Shown here in pieces: positions 1 through 9,037 of a DNA stretch of 32,000 nucleotides. The stretch is taken from NCBI RefSeq assembly GCF_002214165.1, contig NZ_CP019964.1, positions 630,001 through 662,000 on the forward strand, given 5' to 3'. Position 1 is the first letter of the stretch; every line of letters begins with the position of its first letter. The DNA comes from Candidatus Saccharimonadota bacterium (lineage in GTDB: Archaea > Micrarchaeota > Micrarchaeia > Micrarchaeales > Micrarchaeaceae). The translations under genes were made by a program, and so were the position numbers. A model generated the notes under the pieces. The model had not been told where the DNA came from. It was given only the letters and a program-made list of their open reading frames with translations, and did no database searches.

Positions 1-840
1 AAGAACGGTGGCAAGGTCGTTTGATGCTTTGTCGTTGAGGTCCGCGAAATTGCTATGGTCACTTATAAGCGAAGCGCCTTCCAGATTATTGTATCTCTCG
101 CCCGCTATCATTGATGCAAATTCGGCTGTAAGGAATCCAGCGGTCACATTTGAATCCATTCCATACATCCACGGGTTTATGTAAAGCTTGATATTTTCGA
201 TTGGAAATCCTTCATATATGGGATGGTGCTCCAGCCAGATTACATTTTCCGTGAACTCTTTTATTGCAGGTTCGCTTTCGGGAGTTGTGCCAAAATCAGT
301 AAGAAGTATAATGGGCTTTTCTATCGATTCAAAACTTTGCACATATGACCTGTCTATGTTGTAAATCCAAGGGCTGTAACCCACACCTTTGTTAGGGCTC
401 CATATGACATTTGGCCGTTTTATCCCAAATATGTTCCCTATCGCTCCAAATGCTTTATAGAGTGCGATTGCCCCTGAAGCTCCGTCCCCGTCCATATGGA
501 ATCTGACCGCCATTGGAGCCCCTGACAGCAAAGACCTTACAACCATATTGGAGGCTTCTTTAAGTGGCTTCTCCATCTTCTTTATATTCTTGTCATCCGG
601 ATTCATCCCATGTATTTGGCCCGACAGTGCAGATAACACTTCCTCGTAATATTCTTTTGTGGCTGCGCCTATCGTATCTATAGATCCGTCCTCCGGATCA
701 TAATTTAACTTGTCATAAAGCTTGTATCCCGATTTGGCCTTGAACATGAATATGCTATGGGAATTGATGGCTGTATAGTAGCAGTCATCATATCTTGGAT
801 TTGACTTTATTGATGTTATTATCACTTCTTCATTTGACAT
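1..840 (-). CDS. DHH-family phosphoesterase, RecJ/GAN-like (N-terminal 280 codons; C-terminus runs off the left edge)
   Basis: Own translation of the minus strand from ATG at 838-840 is open for 280 codons to position 1. It is absent from the ORF track because there is no stop in the window. Motif I-like HMDGDGASGAIAL, motif II-like LLTDFG, motif III position reads LEHHP. Confidence 0.6.
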   Translation of the reverse strand, partial: MSNEEVIITSIKSNPRYDDCYYTAINSHSIFMFKAKSGYKLYDKLNYDPEDGSIDTIGAATKEYYEEVLSALSGQIHGMNPDDKNIKKMEKPLKEASNMVVRSLLSGAPMAVRFHMDGDGASGAIALYKAFGAIGNIFGIKRPNVIWSPNKGVGYSPWIYNIDRSYVQSFESIEKPIILLTDFGTTPESEPAIKEFTENVIWLEHHPIYEGFPIENIKLYINPWMYGMDSNVTAGFLTAEFASMIAGERYNNLEGASLISDHSNFADLNDKASNDLATVL

Positions 841-875
841 AAGATCACTTAAAATTTGTTTATCTGCCTTCTTGT

Positions 876-1940
876 TCACTTGATTTCATTGCATTTTGAC
901 TTCAATGTAGCATTAGTTACATACCTGCAATAGCTATAGTTCTTTGTTTCATTCGCAAGGTTATAGTATTCCTCTGATATACATACGCTGTGCAGCAGGG
1001 ACGGCACATCGGCACAGGTCTCGTTTATCTCGGTTGAGTTTATCAAAGTGGGCGTTGTCACATTATAGCTGCACAAGTATGATAGCGAGCTTGGTATATC
1101 GCTGCACAGCGACCTGTTGTTCGTGAGCTCGAAAAGTGATACATAGCAGAGGCTCCTATCGTTTACGATATGGTTTTGGTCCAGATAAAGTGAATCCCCC
1201 TCAAGATTATAGTCCGCGCTTTTATTTAATGGTAGCATCTCAAGGAGATTTGACAAAGGAACCGATGTATTGTCCGGAAGGTAGCTGCAGTATTCCGGCA
1301 CGTTATCGTAGATTGCGGACTTGAAGTAATATTCATTATAGCATAGGGATTTGTTTGCATCCCCTAACAGGTAGCTGCAGTATTTGTCATCGGTCTGGTT
1401 TGATATTAGTTCAAGTTTGGAGGCACATTCGGATCTTAAGGTCGCATTGCTGTTTGAAAGGCATATGTTTGAATTTGAGGCATTTGTGAAAGAGTAAACG
1501 CAGTTCTGGTAAGCCGTTGAAGAGGTGTTTACAAGGCCGCAGTAAGAGATGTTCTTGGTTTTGTTAGCTATATTTAGGTAACATCCCTGAACACTTGAAT
1601 TTGGAAGGAGCCTGCATATAGAGGCGTTTGCTTCAGATGCTGCGAGGTTCTCAAGGCATTGGTCTTGGTTCAGAAGCTTGCTCTCACATCCTTTTACAGT
1701 ATTTGGATTTGCCCTTGATGCCAAGGATGAGAACAGCAAAGTTACTATTATAAGTAGGGCTAGCAGTATTATTATAATAAAGTATTTTTCTTTCTGCTTC
1801 AGCACGATTTTGACATTGTTCTTATTCCCATCTGCACTCGCATTCTTTTTTTTGGAATCTGTGTCTGGTGCATTTGCACCTGCCTTGGTCTTGCTGTTAT
1901 TGCTCCCCGAATTAGAAACTTTGTCCATATTTTTAATCAT
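876..1940 (-). CDS. membrane-anchored Cys-repeat, sequon-rich surface protein (hypothetical)
   Basis: 354-aa ORF. K/N-rich N-terminal tail, one TM helix (YFIIIILLALLIIVTLLF), then about 8 repeats of [YI]-C-x(9-12)-C spaced about 22-25 aa, with roughly 18 N-x-S/T sequons. Confidence 0.6.
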   Translation of the reverse strand: MIKNMDKVSNSGSNNSKTKAGANAPDTDSKKKNASADGNKNNVKIVLKQKEKYFIIIILLALLIIVTLLFSSLASRANPNTVKGCESKLLNQDQCLENLAASEANASICRLLPNSSVQGCYLNIANKTKNISYCGLVNTSSTAYQNCVYSFTNASNSNICLSNSNATLRSECASKLELISNQTDDKYCSYLLGDANKSLCYNEYYFKSAIYDNVPEYCSYLPDNTSVPLSNLLEMLPLNKSADYNLEGDSLYLDQNHIVNDRSLCYVSLFELTNNRSLCSDIPSSLSYLCSYNVTTPTLINSTEINETCADVPSLLHSVCISEEYYNLANETKNYSYCRYVTNATLKSKCNEIK

Positions 1941-1972
1941 CCTAAATCATTAAAAACAAAAGAAATGACTGT

Positions 1973-2728
1973 TCACGACAATCCTTGACTTTCTGGGGTG
2001 AGTATGTTTATTCCTGAACTGGTTATGCTGTAAGGGGCAAGGAACCAGCTGTGGTCGCTACCTCTCATCTTCACCACTTCAAGGGTAAGCTGCCTTTTAT
2101 CCTGCTCCCCTAACTCGTACATCATGATTATTCCGTCAAATGTGAAAAATTCGGGCTCAAACAGTATGCCTTTCCTTTCGCTTGATGAGACTTCAACAGT
2201 AAATATCGATGTTACTCCTAGAGACCTGAGCTTTGATATAAGGGATAGCAATGCTATCCTGTAGTTCGTGTTGTCCGGTATCATTAGATGCAGCAGGGAT
2301 ATTGAGTCAATAACAACAAACTTTGATTCATTTGCAATTATCATATCATCTATATCTGATACTATTGAGCTGAATGAGTAGCTCGATGAATCGGTCTTCT
2401 CAGTTATTTTCATTGCCACGGAGCTGCCTCCTATCTGGAGCATATGCTGTTCTTGAAGCTTTTCTATATCATCGAATTCTGTGAATACCTCCTTTGCATT
2501 CCTTATTATACTTTCAGGGGGTTCTTCAAAAGAGATAAAAGTTGAAGGGATTCCGGACTGGGCCATCTTATAAGCTACTTCAAAGCTCATCAGTGTTTTT
2601 CCTGCTCCTGGAACTCCTCCTATCATAATCTGGTTCTTAGACGGGATTCCTCCGTAAAGCATATAGTCCAACCCTTTTATCCCAGTCTTAAGTTTTATAA
2701 TTTTGTCTTTCATTTCACTCATCGCCAA
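1973..2728 (-). CDS. KaiC/RadA-like RecA-superfamily ATPase (single domain)
   Basis: 251-aa ORF. TGIKGLDYMLYGGIP, Walker A GGVPGAGKT and Walker B-like FVVIDSIS, typical of archaeal KaiC-like proteins. Confidence 0.8.
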   Translation of the reverse strand: MAMSEMKDKIIKLKTGIKGLDYMLYGGIPSKNQIMIGGVPGAGKTLMSFEVAYKMAQSGIPSTFISFEEPPESIIRNAKEVFTEFDDIEKLQEQHMLQIGGSSVAMKITEKTDSSSYSFSSIVSDIDDMIIANESKFVVIDSISLLHLMIPDNTNYRIALLSLISKLRSLGVTSIFTVEVSSSERKGILFEPEFFTFDGIIMMYELGEQDKRQLTLEVVKMRGSDHSWFLAPYSITSSGINILTPESQGLS

Positions 2729-2901
2729 TTAATCACAGCTAAAATTCTAAAGCCTGAATCACCATTTACTCTATTGCAATAAAATATATAAAAGCTTTAT
2801 CCAAAGAGATGGTTACCATCTTATGCTTTTGAATAATCGATGCTTTTGCTTTAAATGGCTTTTTGCCGCTTGCTACAAAATTATTTAACTTTTTACTTAC
2901 T

Positions 2902-3753
2902 ATGCTTAATGATTGGATGAAGAAGAAATTTCTATATGTTGGGATAGCCTTAATCCTGATATCGATCATAATATTTGGTTATATAATTCATGTGGTCAGC
3001 TCTATAAGTTCACCATCCGTACAGTCAAAGCTCGGAATAACGAATTATACTATAAGCAAGGGAGGGTTTGAAAGTTACAACTTTACATCCAATGGGAACA
3101 CCAGTGCGTTTATAGCTATAATGGAGGAGAAGGTGGATTTCCTTATATTCAATTCTTCCGGATACAATCTATGGATTGGCAATGCCACATTGGCAAACGC
3201 AAAGAACCTTGAAGGGAGAGGTACAATGCTGATAACGCTTAACTCGACCAATTTCACAATTCCTTTGCCAAGCAGTGAAAATGTCTATTACCTTTCAAAA
3301 AGCTTGAATGTGACGAACCTGAAAAAGGGCTTGCTTCCTATTGGTAATTACACTTCGGTCTTCTATAATGGCCCTGGCAGTTATTCTTCCAATTCCAGCA
3401 CAAATGTGGTGCTTACCTATCTGCCTTCATCAAAGCTCTCTTACCTAACAGGATTCTTTGGCAACTTCGCCATATTGGGGGTTGTTGCTATAATAGCATT
3501 CATAGCGGGTATAATACTGATAATATATAGCTTCTTCAGCAAGGAGAAAGTGCTAGGAAGTGCAGACATTCAAGGAAATGTAAAATCTAATGGAAAAGGC
3601 AAAGGACAGAATAGCCAAGAAGATAAATATATAGATGACCTATATAAGTATGTTGACAATGGGAATGCCAATAAAAAACCGAAATCTGCTAAGGCAGCCG
3701 CTTCAAAAAGGTCAAAGAAGAGCAGCAGGCCAAAGCAGCAGGAGGGCAGTTGA
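2902..3753 (+). CDS. bitopic membrane glycoprotein with Lys-rich cytoplasmic tail (hypothetical)
   Basis: ORF track 2863..3753 starts at TTG; in-frame ATGs lie at 2902 and 2917. N-terminal TM (FLYVGIALILISIIIFGYII), sequon-rich middle, C-terminal TM and a K/S-rich tail. Start uncertain. Confidence 0.55.
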   Translation: MLNDWMKKKFLYVGIALILISIIIFGYIIHVVSSISSPSVQSKLGITNYTISKGGFESYNFTSNGNTSAFIAIMEEKVDFLIFNSSGYNLWIGNATLANAKNLEGRGTMLITLNSTNFTIPLPSSENVYYLSKSLNVTNLKKGLLPIGNYTSVFYNGPGSYSSNSSTNVVLTYLPSSKLSYLTGFFGNFAILGVVAIIAFIAGIILIIYSFFSKEKVLGSADIQGNVKSNGKGKGQNSQEDKYIDDLYKYVDNGNANKKPKSAKAAASKRSKKSSRPKQQEGS

Positions 3754-3784
3754 TTAAGGTCGAAGAGGATAAAACGTTGATTTA

Positions 3785-4477
3785 ATGAATAGCTTGGAAG
3801 AGAAGATTGCCGGAGAAATAACCCTTTCGGACAGCCCCGGAAGCGTGATGAAGAAGTGGAGGGAGCTTTTCGGGATAACTCAGGTTGAGCTTTCAAAAGC
3901 CCTTAAGATCTCGACATCCACGATAAGCGATTATGAAAGCAATAGGAGGCTCAGCCCAGGGGTTGGCGTTATAAGGAGGTTTGTCGAGATGCTCCTTTAC
4001 ATAGACGAGAATAAAGGAGGTGAAGTCAGGAAAAGCCTTAATATGCTTAACAATGAGGGCGGCGAGAGCAATCTACCCTACTTGATACACGACTTTATCG
4101 CACCCGTGAACGGCATTGACTTTAACCGTATAATAGACGGCAAGATAGTGGCCAGCCAAAACTACCTTGACAATTTGAGGCTTTTTGGTTATACAAAGCT
4201 TGACAGCTTAAGGGTCATACTTGAGATGTCTCCATCAGACTACCCGAAGCTGTTCGGATCCACCAATGAGCGCATCTTCATATTCGAGAATGTTTCTACC
4301 GGAAGGTCTCCTATGGTAGTGATAAGGATAGCACCTATAAAGCCAAGGATAGTGCTTATACCCAGCCTGCAGAATGTGGACAAGCTTGCCATAAGGATAG
4401 CGCAGATAGAGAAGATACCTCTTATAACTACAAGATTGAGCATAAGCGAGATAGAGGAGAGGCTTAACAAACTATAG
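3785..4477 (+). CDS. XRE-family HTH transcriptional regulator with C-terminal domain (archaeal COG1395-like)
   Basis: 230-aa ORF. HTH segment WRELFGITQVELSKALKISTSTISDYESNRR. Confidence 0.7.
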   Translation: MNSLEEKIAGEITLSDSPGSVMKKWRELFGITQVELSKALKISTSTISDYESNRRLSPGVGVIRRFVEMLLYIDENKGGEVRKSLNMLNNEGGESNLPYLIHDFIAPVNGIDFNRIIDGKIVASQNYLDNLRLFGYTKLDSLRVILEMSPSDYPKLFGSTNERIFIFENVSTGRSPMVVIRIAPIKPRIVLIPSLQNVDKLAIRIAQIEKIPLITTRLSISEIEERLNKL

Positions 4478-4549
4478 TCAGTATGCATTTGCAGGTAGAT
4501 TGTGCAATCCATGAAACATGGATTGAGGTTTCGCACCTGCCTTTCCTTG

Positions 4550-5275
4550 TCATCCCCATACATCCGCTTTTACTTTCTTTGGATCAACGTTAAGCTCTGC
4601 CAGCGACTCCTTCATAGCTTTTACAAAATTTAGGGGACCGCATATGTAAACGGTCCTTTCGGTTACATCAGGGGCATACGATTTTATCCTATTGCTGTCG
4701 ATATGGCCTTTTTCTCCATCCCAATTGTCGCCTTCGGCAGGCCTTGTGACCGTTATAAATTTCTTTATCTTGAGCTCCTCGCTCAAGCTGTAAAGCTCAT
4801 CCTTAAGTATTATCTCTGAGGGGTATTTGACACTGTAGACCAGAATGGCATCGGTATCGTAATTATTCTTCTTTATGTCTCTCATCATTGAAAGGAAAGG
4901 CGCGAATCCTGTCCCGCCCGCTATGAAAAGGACCTTCTTGTCCTCTTCTGGTATGAACCTGAACTGCCCTGAAGGCCCGGATATTGTGAATTTATCGCCA
5001 ATCTTAGAATCCAAAAAGTGGCTGCGGTGCCCTCCATGCTCTTTTACTATAAAGAATTCCATTATCTCCGAATGGGGGTCCGAAGCTATTGAAAATGCTC
5101 TCCCTATATACTGCTTTCCCTCCGAATCGGTTCCGTATATCATCACGAACATCCCTGCATCAAACATCATCGGCTCTCCATCAACTGGCTTCAGCCTAAT
5201 TATCTGCACTTCGGGGGTGCCGCTAAAATTTTCAACAAGCTCGTAAGTCTTCCTTTCGATTTTGTATTGTTTCAT
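4550..5275 (-). CDS. FNR-family FAD/NAD(P)-binding oxidoreductase
   Basis: 241-aa ORF. FAD-binding RAFSIAS (RxYS type), NAD(P)-binding GGTGFAPF, C-terminal YICGP. Confidence 0.75.
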   Translation of the reverse strand: MKQYKIERKTYELVENFSGTPEVQIIRLKPVDGEPMMFDAGMFVMIYGTDSEGKQYIGRAFSIASDPHSEIMEFFIVKEHGGHRSHFLDSKIGDKFTISGPSGQFRFIPEEDKKVLFIAGGTGFAPFLSMMRDIKKNNYDTDAILVYSVKYPSEIILKDELYSLSEELKIKKFITVTRPAEGDNWDGEKGHIDSNRIKSYAPDVTERTVYICGPLNFVKAMKESLAELNVDPKKVKADVWG

Positions 5276-5525
5276 ATTGACTCCCTAAATTTATAATAAT
5301 TATAAGAATGGCTTTATTTTTGATGTATCTATTTCAAAGAATAATGCTTTAAATGGTGTGGAAGTTATTTTGTATTGCAGTGGCATACTTCCACAGCCGA
5401 AGCGTTTTTGGTTTTGGATTACTTTTGGTAAAATGGGCAATTCCTGCGCCCTGCCGCCAGGAGCTCAAGTAAACCAAAGATGTGCATTCTTGCAATCTTT
5501 GTAAACGTGTGCTGCTTGCCTACCA

Positions 5526-6866
5526 TCATACCAATGTAAGCATATACGGGTTTTCCAGCAGCCTCTTAAGCTCGTTCCCGAAATCCGCTGCTGCGGCTCC
5601 ATCGACAACCCTGTGGTCAAATGTCAATGTGAACTCCATCACCTTGCCTGGCACTACCGCACCGTTCTTCACAACTGGCGTGTCCTTTATTATACCGAAT
5701 GATAGTATGGCCACATCCGGTGGGTTTATTATGGGCATTCCCATGTATCCCCCGCCCAAGCTGCCTATGTTGGTTATCGTGAATGATGTGCCTTTCATAT
5801 CATTAAGCTGGATCGTTTTGCTGTAAAGCTTTTCCCTTAGGTCCGTAAGGTCCTTTGCTATCTGCAATATGCTTTTCTTGTCAGCATCCTTTATCACTAT
5901 TATCTTCAGTCCCTCATCGGTCTTTGCTCCCAGGCCTATATTGTAGTACTGCTTCAGCGTTACCTCTTTATTCTCCGGATCGTAGCTTGCATTGAAATAT
6001 GGATTGTCCTTAAGCGCCACTGTTGCTGCCTTTATCATGAATGGCAGGTATGTGAGCTTTATGCCGAAATCCTTCGTAAATCCCTCCTTGGTCCTTTCTA
6101 CTATATCCACCAGGTTTCCTGAATCTATAAGATCCATGTGTGATGCTACAGGTATTGAGCTTGATGCCTCCATATTCTTCGCTATAACTTTCCTCAAAAA
6201 TGAGAGAGGGACCTTTTTGGTCGGGCCATAGTTGTCCGCAGATTCGGCGTGCTGAATTTGGTTCGCCTGCGCTTGCTGGGCATTTCCAACTGCATTGCTC
6301 TCCTGCTTTGGCGCAGCGCTTTTACTCCCTGAAGCATAAGCCTTTACATCGGCTTCCAGGATCTTGCCATTAGGCCCTGTTCCCTTGACCTTGTAAATAT
6401 CGACATTCATATCTAGCGCGAGCCTTTTGACGGCAGGTGTTGCCATTATGCTCTTTTTCTGGTCATCTGTGTTTTGGGGAGTTGATGGAGAAGCTGCTGT
6501 GGCAGTGTTAGGTGCTGCGGGCATTTGGCTGGCAGGTGTTGCACTTGGCTTGTTCTTGCTTTCCGCATCGGCACGCGGACCTTCATTTTGTACGGATGCA
6601 CCGAACTTGTATGAAGAAACCTCATCCTTTGCGCCAACTACCGCCAATGCATCTCCGGGCTTTACCTGTGCGCCATTTGCAACTGCATATTTTATCATGC
6701 CTTCCAATGGGGTTGGTATGTTCACTACGGCCTTGTCCGTCTCTATCTCCATTATCGTTTCGTCCTCCTTTACATTATCCCCATCTGCATGGTTCAGCTT
6801 GACAACATTGCCTTCGGTTATGCCTTCTCCTATATCGACAAATTTTATAATTTCCATATCAAACAC
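5526..6866 (-). CDS. 2-oxoacid dehydrogenase complex E2, dihydrolipoamide acyltransferase
   Basis: 446-aa ORF. Lipoyl domain (IMEIETDKA), Ala/Pro/Gln-rich linkers, E3-binding-like domain (ATPAVKRLALDMNVDIYKVKGTGPNGKILEADV), catalytic DHRVVDGA. Confidence 0.9.
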   Translation of the reverse strand: MFDMEIIKFVDIGEGITEGNVVKLNHADGDNVKEDETIMEIETDKAVVNIPTPLEGMIKYAVANGAQVKPGDALAVVGAKDEVSSYKFGASVQNEGPRADAESKNKPSATPASQMPAAPNTATAASPSTPQNTDDQKKSIMATPAVKRLALDMNVDIYKVKGTGPNGKILEADVKAYASGSKSAAPKQESNAVGNAQQAQANQIQHAESADNYGPTKKVPLSFLRKVIAKNMEASSSIPVASHMDLIDSGNLVDIVERTKEGFTKDFGIKLTYLPFMIKAATVALKDNPYFNASYDPENKEVTLKQYYNIGLGAKTDEGLKIIVIKDADKKSILQIAKDLTDLREKLYSKTIQLNDMKGTSFTITNIGSLGGGYMGMPIINPPDVAILSFGIIKDTPVVKNGAVVPGKVMEFTLTFDHRVVDGAAAADFGNELKRLLENPYMLTLV

Positions 6867-6877
6867 ACTTTATTGTT

Positions 6878-7843
6878 TCAAGAATTCATCAGCTTCTTTA
6901 TGCTGTACAATATCCTATTCTTGTTAGGCACCCAATAATCCTCGTCCCCGGAGAAAGGATAAGGGAAGCTGAAACCTCCAAGCCTCATGACAGGCGATTT
7001 CAGATCATATAGGGATTTCTCGCCTATCCTTGCGGCGATTTCCGCACCCGCACCAAATGAAAGAGGGGCTTCGTGTAGAACAAGAGCCCTCCCTGTCTTC
7101 TTTACACTTGAGAGGATTGCTGATTCGTCCAATGGGTTTATTGTCCTGAGATCCAATATGTCAGCTGATATATTGTTTTCCTTCACTACCTCCTGTGCCG
7201 GCCTTACCATTGTTCCGTAGGTTATTATTGTAAGGTCATCCCCCTCATTAACCAGATTTGCCTTCCCTGCTGGCACTTCATACATCCCCTCAGGGACTTC
7301 CTGCTTGAAAAGCCTGTATAATTTTGTAGGCTCTAGGAATATCACAGGGTCGTCCATGTGTGAGGCCTTTATCAGCATACCTTTTGCATCATATGGATTC
7401 GATGGCTCCATCACAACCAAACCTCCTATGTGGGAGAACAATGCTTCAGGGCTCTCGGAATGATGCTCCAATGTCTTGACTCCTCCGCTGACGGGCATCC
7501 TTAATACCATAGGTATTTTTATGTTCCCTCTCGTCCTGCTTCTATATCTAGCCGCATGTGAGGCCAGCTGGTTGAATGCAAGATATGAGAATCCCGCAAA
7601 CTGTATCTCGGGGAATGGATGCATCCCCGATATGGCCATTCCTATGGAGGCCCCGACTATTGATGACTCTGCAAGCGGTGTGTCTATGACCCTGCCTGGG
7701 CCGTACTTTGCAAAAAGGCCATCAGTCACCCTGAATACCCCTCCATCCTTTCCTACATCCTCCCCCAATATTATTGCTTTTGAATTTTCCTCCAAACATA
7801 AATCTAGTGCATTATTAAGTGCAGTAACCATATTAGACATCAT
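6878..7843 (-). CDS. 2-oxoacid dehydrogenase E1 component, beta subunit
   Basis: 321-aa ORF with transketolase-like pyrimidine-binding and C-terminal domains (ILGEDVGKDGGVFRVT, DTPLAESSIVG). Starts 9 nt downstream of E1alpha. Confidence 0.9.
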   Translation of the reverse strand: MMSNMVTALNNALDLCLEENSKAIILGEDVGKDGGVFRVTDGLFAKYGPGRVIDTPLAESSIVGASIGMAISGMHPFPEIQFAGFSYLAFNQLASHAARYRSRTRGNIKIPMVLRMPVSGGVKTLEHHSESPEALFSHIGGLVVMEPSNPYDAKGMLIKASHMDDPVIFLEPTKLYRLFKQEVPEGMYEVPAGKANLVNEGDDLTIITYGTMVRPAQEVVKENNISADILDLRTINPLDESAILSSVKKTGRALVLHEAPLSFGAGAEIAARIGEKSLYDLKSPVMRLGGFSFPYPFSGDEDYWVPNKNRILYSIKKLMNS

Positions 7844-7852
7844 ATAACCACC

Positions 7853-8941
7853 TCACTGCCAAAAATTATTCTTCAACGCTTCATCCTCCTCCTCTTTTAG
7901 TGTTTCGGGCATGAAACTGTATACATTATCAAACATCGCCTTTGGATTCGCCTTTGCTTCGTTGACTTTCGCAGTCGCGTCATCTATAAGCGACTTGTTC
8001 TGGTTCTGCATATCCTCATCCATAGAATCATTCCAAAGTCTATTTGATACAAGATACTTCCTCAAGCGCAATATTGGATCCTTGGGCTTCCATCCATCGA
8101 CTTCGGATTCAGGCCTGTATTTGGTCGGGTCATCAGAAGTGGTGTGCATTCCCATCCTATATGTCAATGCTTCTATTACCATAGGCTTTCCGCCTTTTTT
8201 TACCGAATCCAAAGCATCCTTTGTGGCCTTGTATACTGCAATCACATCGTTTCCGTCAACCTGTATTGCATCGACTCCTGCTGCAACCGCCTTCTGCGCC
8301 AATGTCTTTGAAGCTGTCTGGCTTGACCGGGGGACTGAGATTGCCCACTCGTTGTTCTCTATTACAAACACGATTGGGAGGTTGAAGACGCCTGCGAAGT
8401 TCAAAGCTTCGTAGAAGTCGCCTTCAGATGTTGAGCCATCACCTCCGTATACTATTACGGCATTCTTGTACTTCTGGTACTTCATGCTGAACGCTATGCC
8501 AGCCGCTTGGGTATACTGGCTGCCTACAGCGATTGCCTCCGGAGTGAGCCGTTTCTGTAGGATAGAGGAATATGCTTCTTCGTAGCCCTTCACTGCAATG
8601 AAAAGGTTCTCCAAAGGCACACCTCTCATTATGAATGGAAGGTGGTTCCTGAATGTGGGGACTATAAAATCTGATGCGTCCGCGGCATATGCGCTGCCTG
8701 CCTGGACTGCTTCTTCGCCATTTAAGGGGGCAAATGTCGCTACCTTTCCAAGCCTCTGAAGGGTTAACAGCTTATTGCTTACAGCCCTTCCAAGACTCAT
8801 GAATTTATACAATTCTATTATCTTTTTTGGTTCTAGATCTTTTGGGAACAGGCTGTTGTCTATGTTGCCGTCTTCGTCCATGATCTGCATGTTTTTTATA
8901 TTTCCATTGAACACTTCCTTTATCATTAGTACCACACTCAC
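7853..8941 (-). CDS. 2-oxoacid dehydrogenase E1 component, alpha subunit (ThDP-dependent)
   Basis: 362-aa ORF. ThDP-binding motif YGGDGSTSEGDFYEALNFAGVFNLPIVFVIENNEWAIS. Confidence 0.9.
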   Translation of the reverse strand: MSVVLMIKEVFNGNIKNMQIMDEDGNIDNSLFPKDLEPKKIIELYKFMSLGRAVSNKLLTLQRLGKVATFAPLNGEEAVQAGSAYAADASDFIVPTFRNHLPFIMRGVPLENLFIAVKGYEEAYSSILQKRLTPEAIAVGSQYTQAAGIAFSMKYQKYKNAVIVYGGDGSTSEGDFYEALNFAGVFNLPIVFVIENNEWAISVPRSSQTASKTLAQKAVAAGVDAIQVDGNDVIAVYKATKDALDSVKKGGKPMVIEALTYRMGMHTTSDDPTKYRPESEVDGWKPKDPILRLRKYLVSNRLWNDSMDEDMQNQNKSLIDDATAKVNEAKANPKAMFDNVYSFMPETLKEEEDEALKNNFWQ

Positions 8942-9037
8942 ATTATTTTAATAGAAATTAAATATTAAGTTTGTTTGTATTCGTTGATTGGCTATCAATA
9001 ATTCGTCATTATCCTAACTTCATAAGGGAGAAGCCGG

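Noticed and set aside
2766-2969. 67-aa minus-strand ORF between the KaiC-like gene and the 2902 gene
   Set aside because: It overlaps the 5' end of the plus-strand membrane-protein gene and an AT-rich promoter region. It has no motif and is probably spurious.
4550-5275. FNR-like flavoprotein as a functional replacement for the missing E3
   Set aside because: E3 belongs to the pyridine-nucleotide-disulfide oxidoreductase family with a redox-active CxxxxC. This protein has the unrelated FNR fold and no such motif, and a 250-bp spacer with a hairpin separates it from E2.
6427-8414. Long antisense ORFs inside the E2/E1 genes (6427..6927, 6512..6802, 7476..7847, 7911..8414)
   Set aside because: These are shadow ORFs opposite strongly supported coding sequences. 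Their translations are low-complexity Ser/Ala/Pro/Phe-rich with no motifs.
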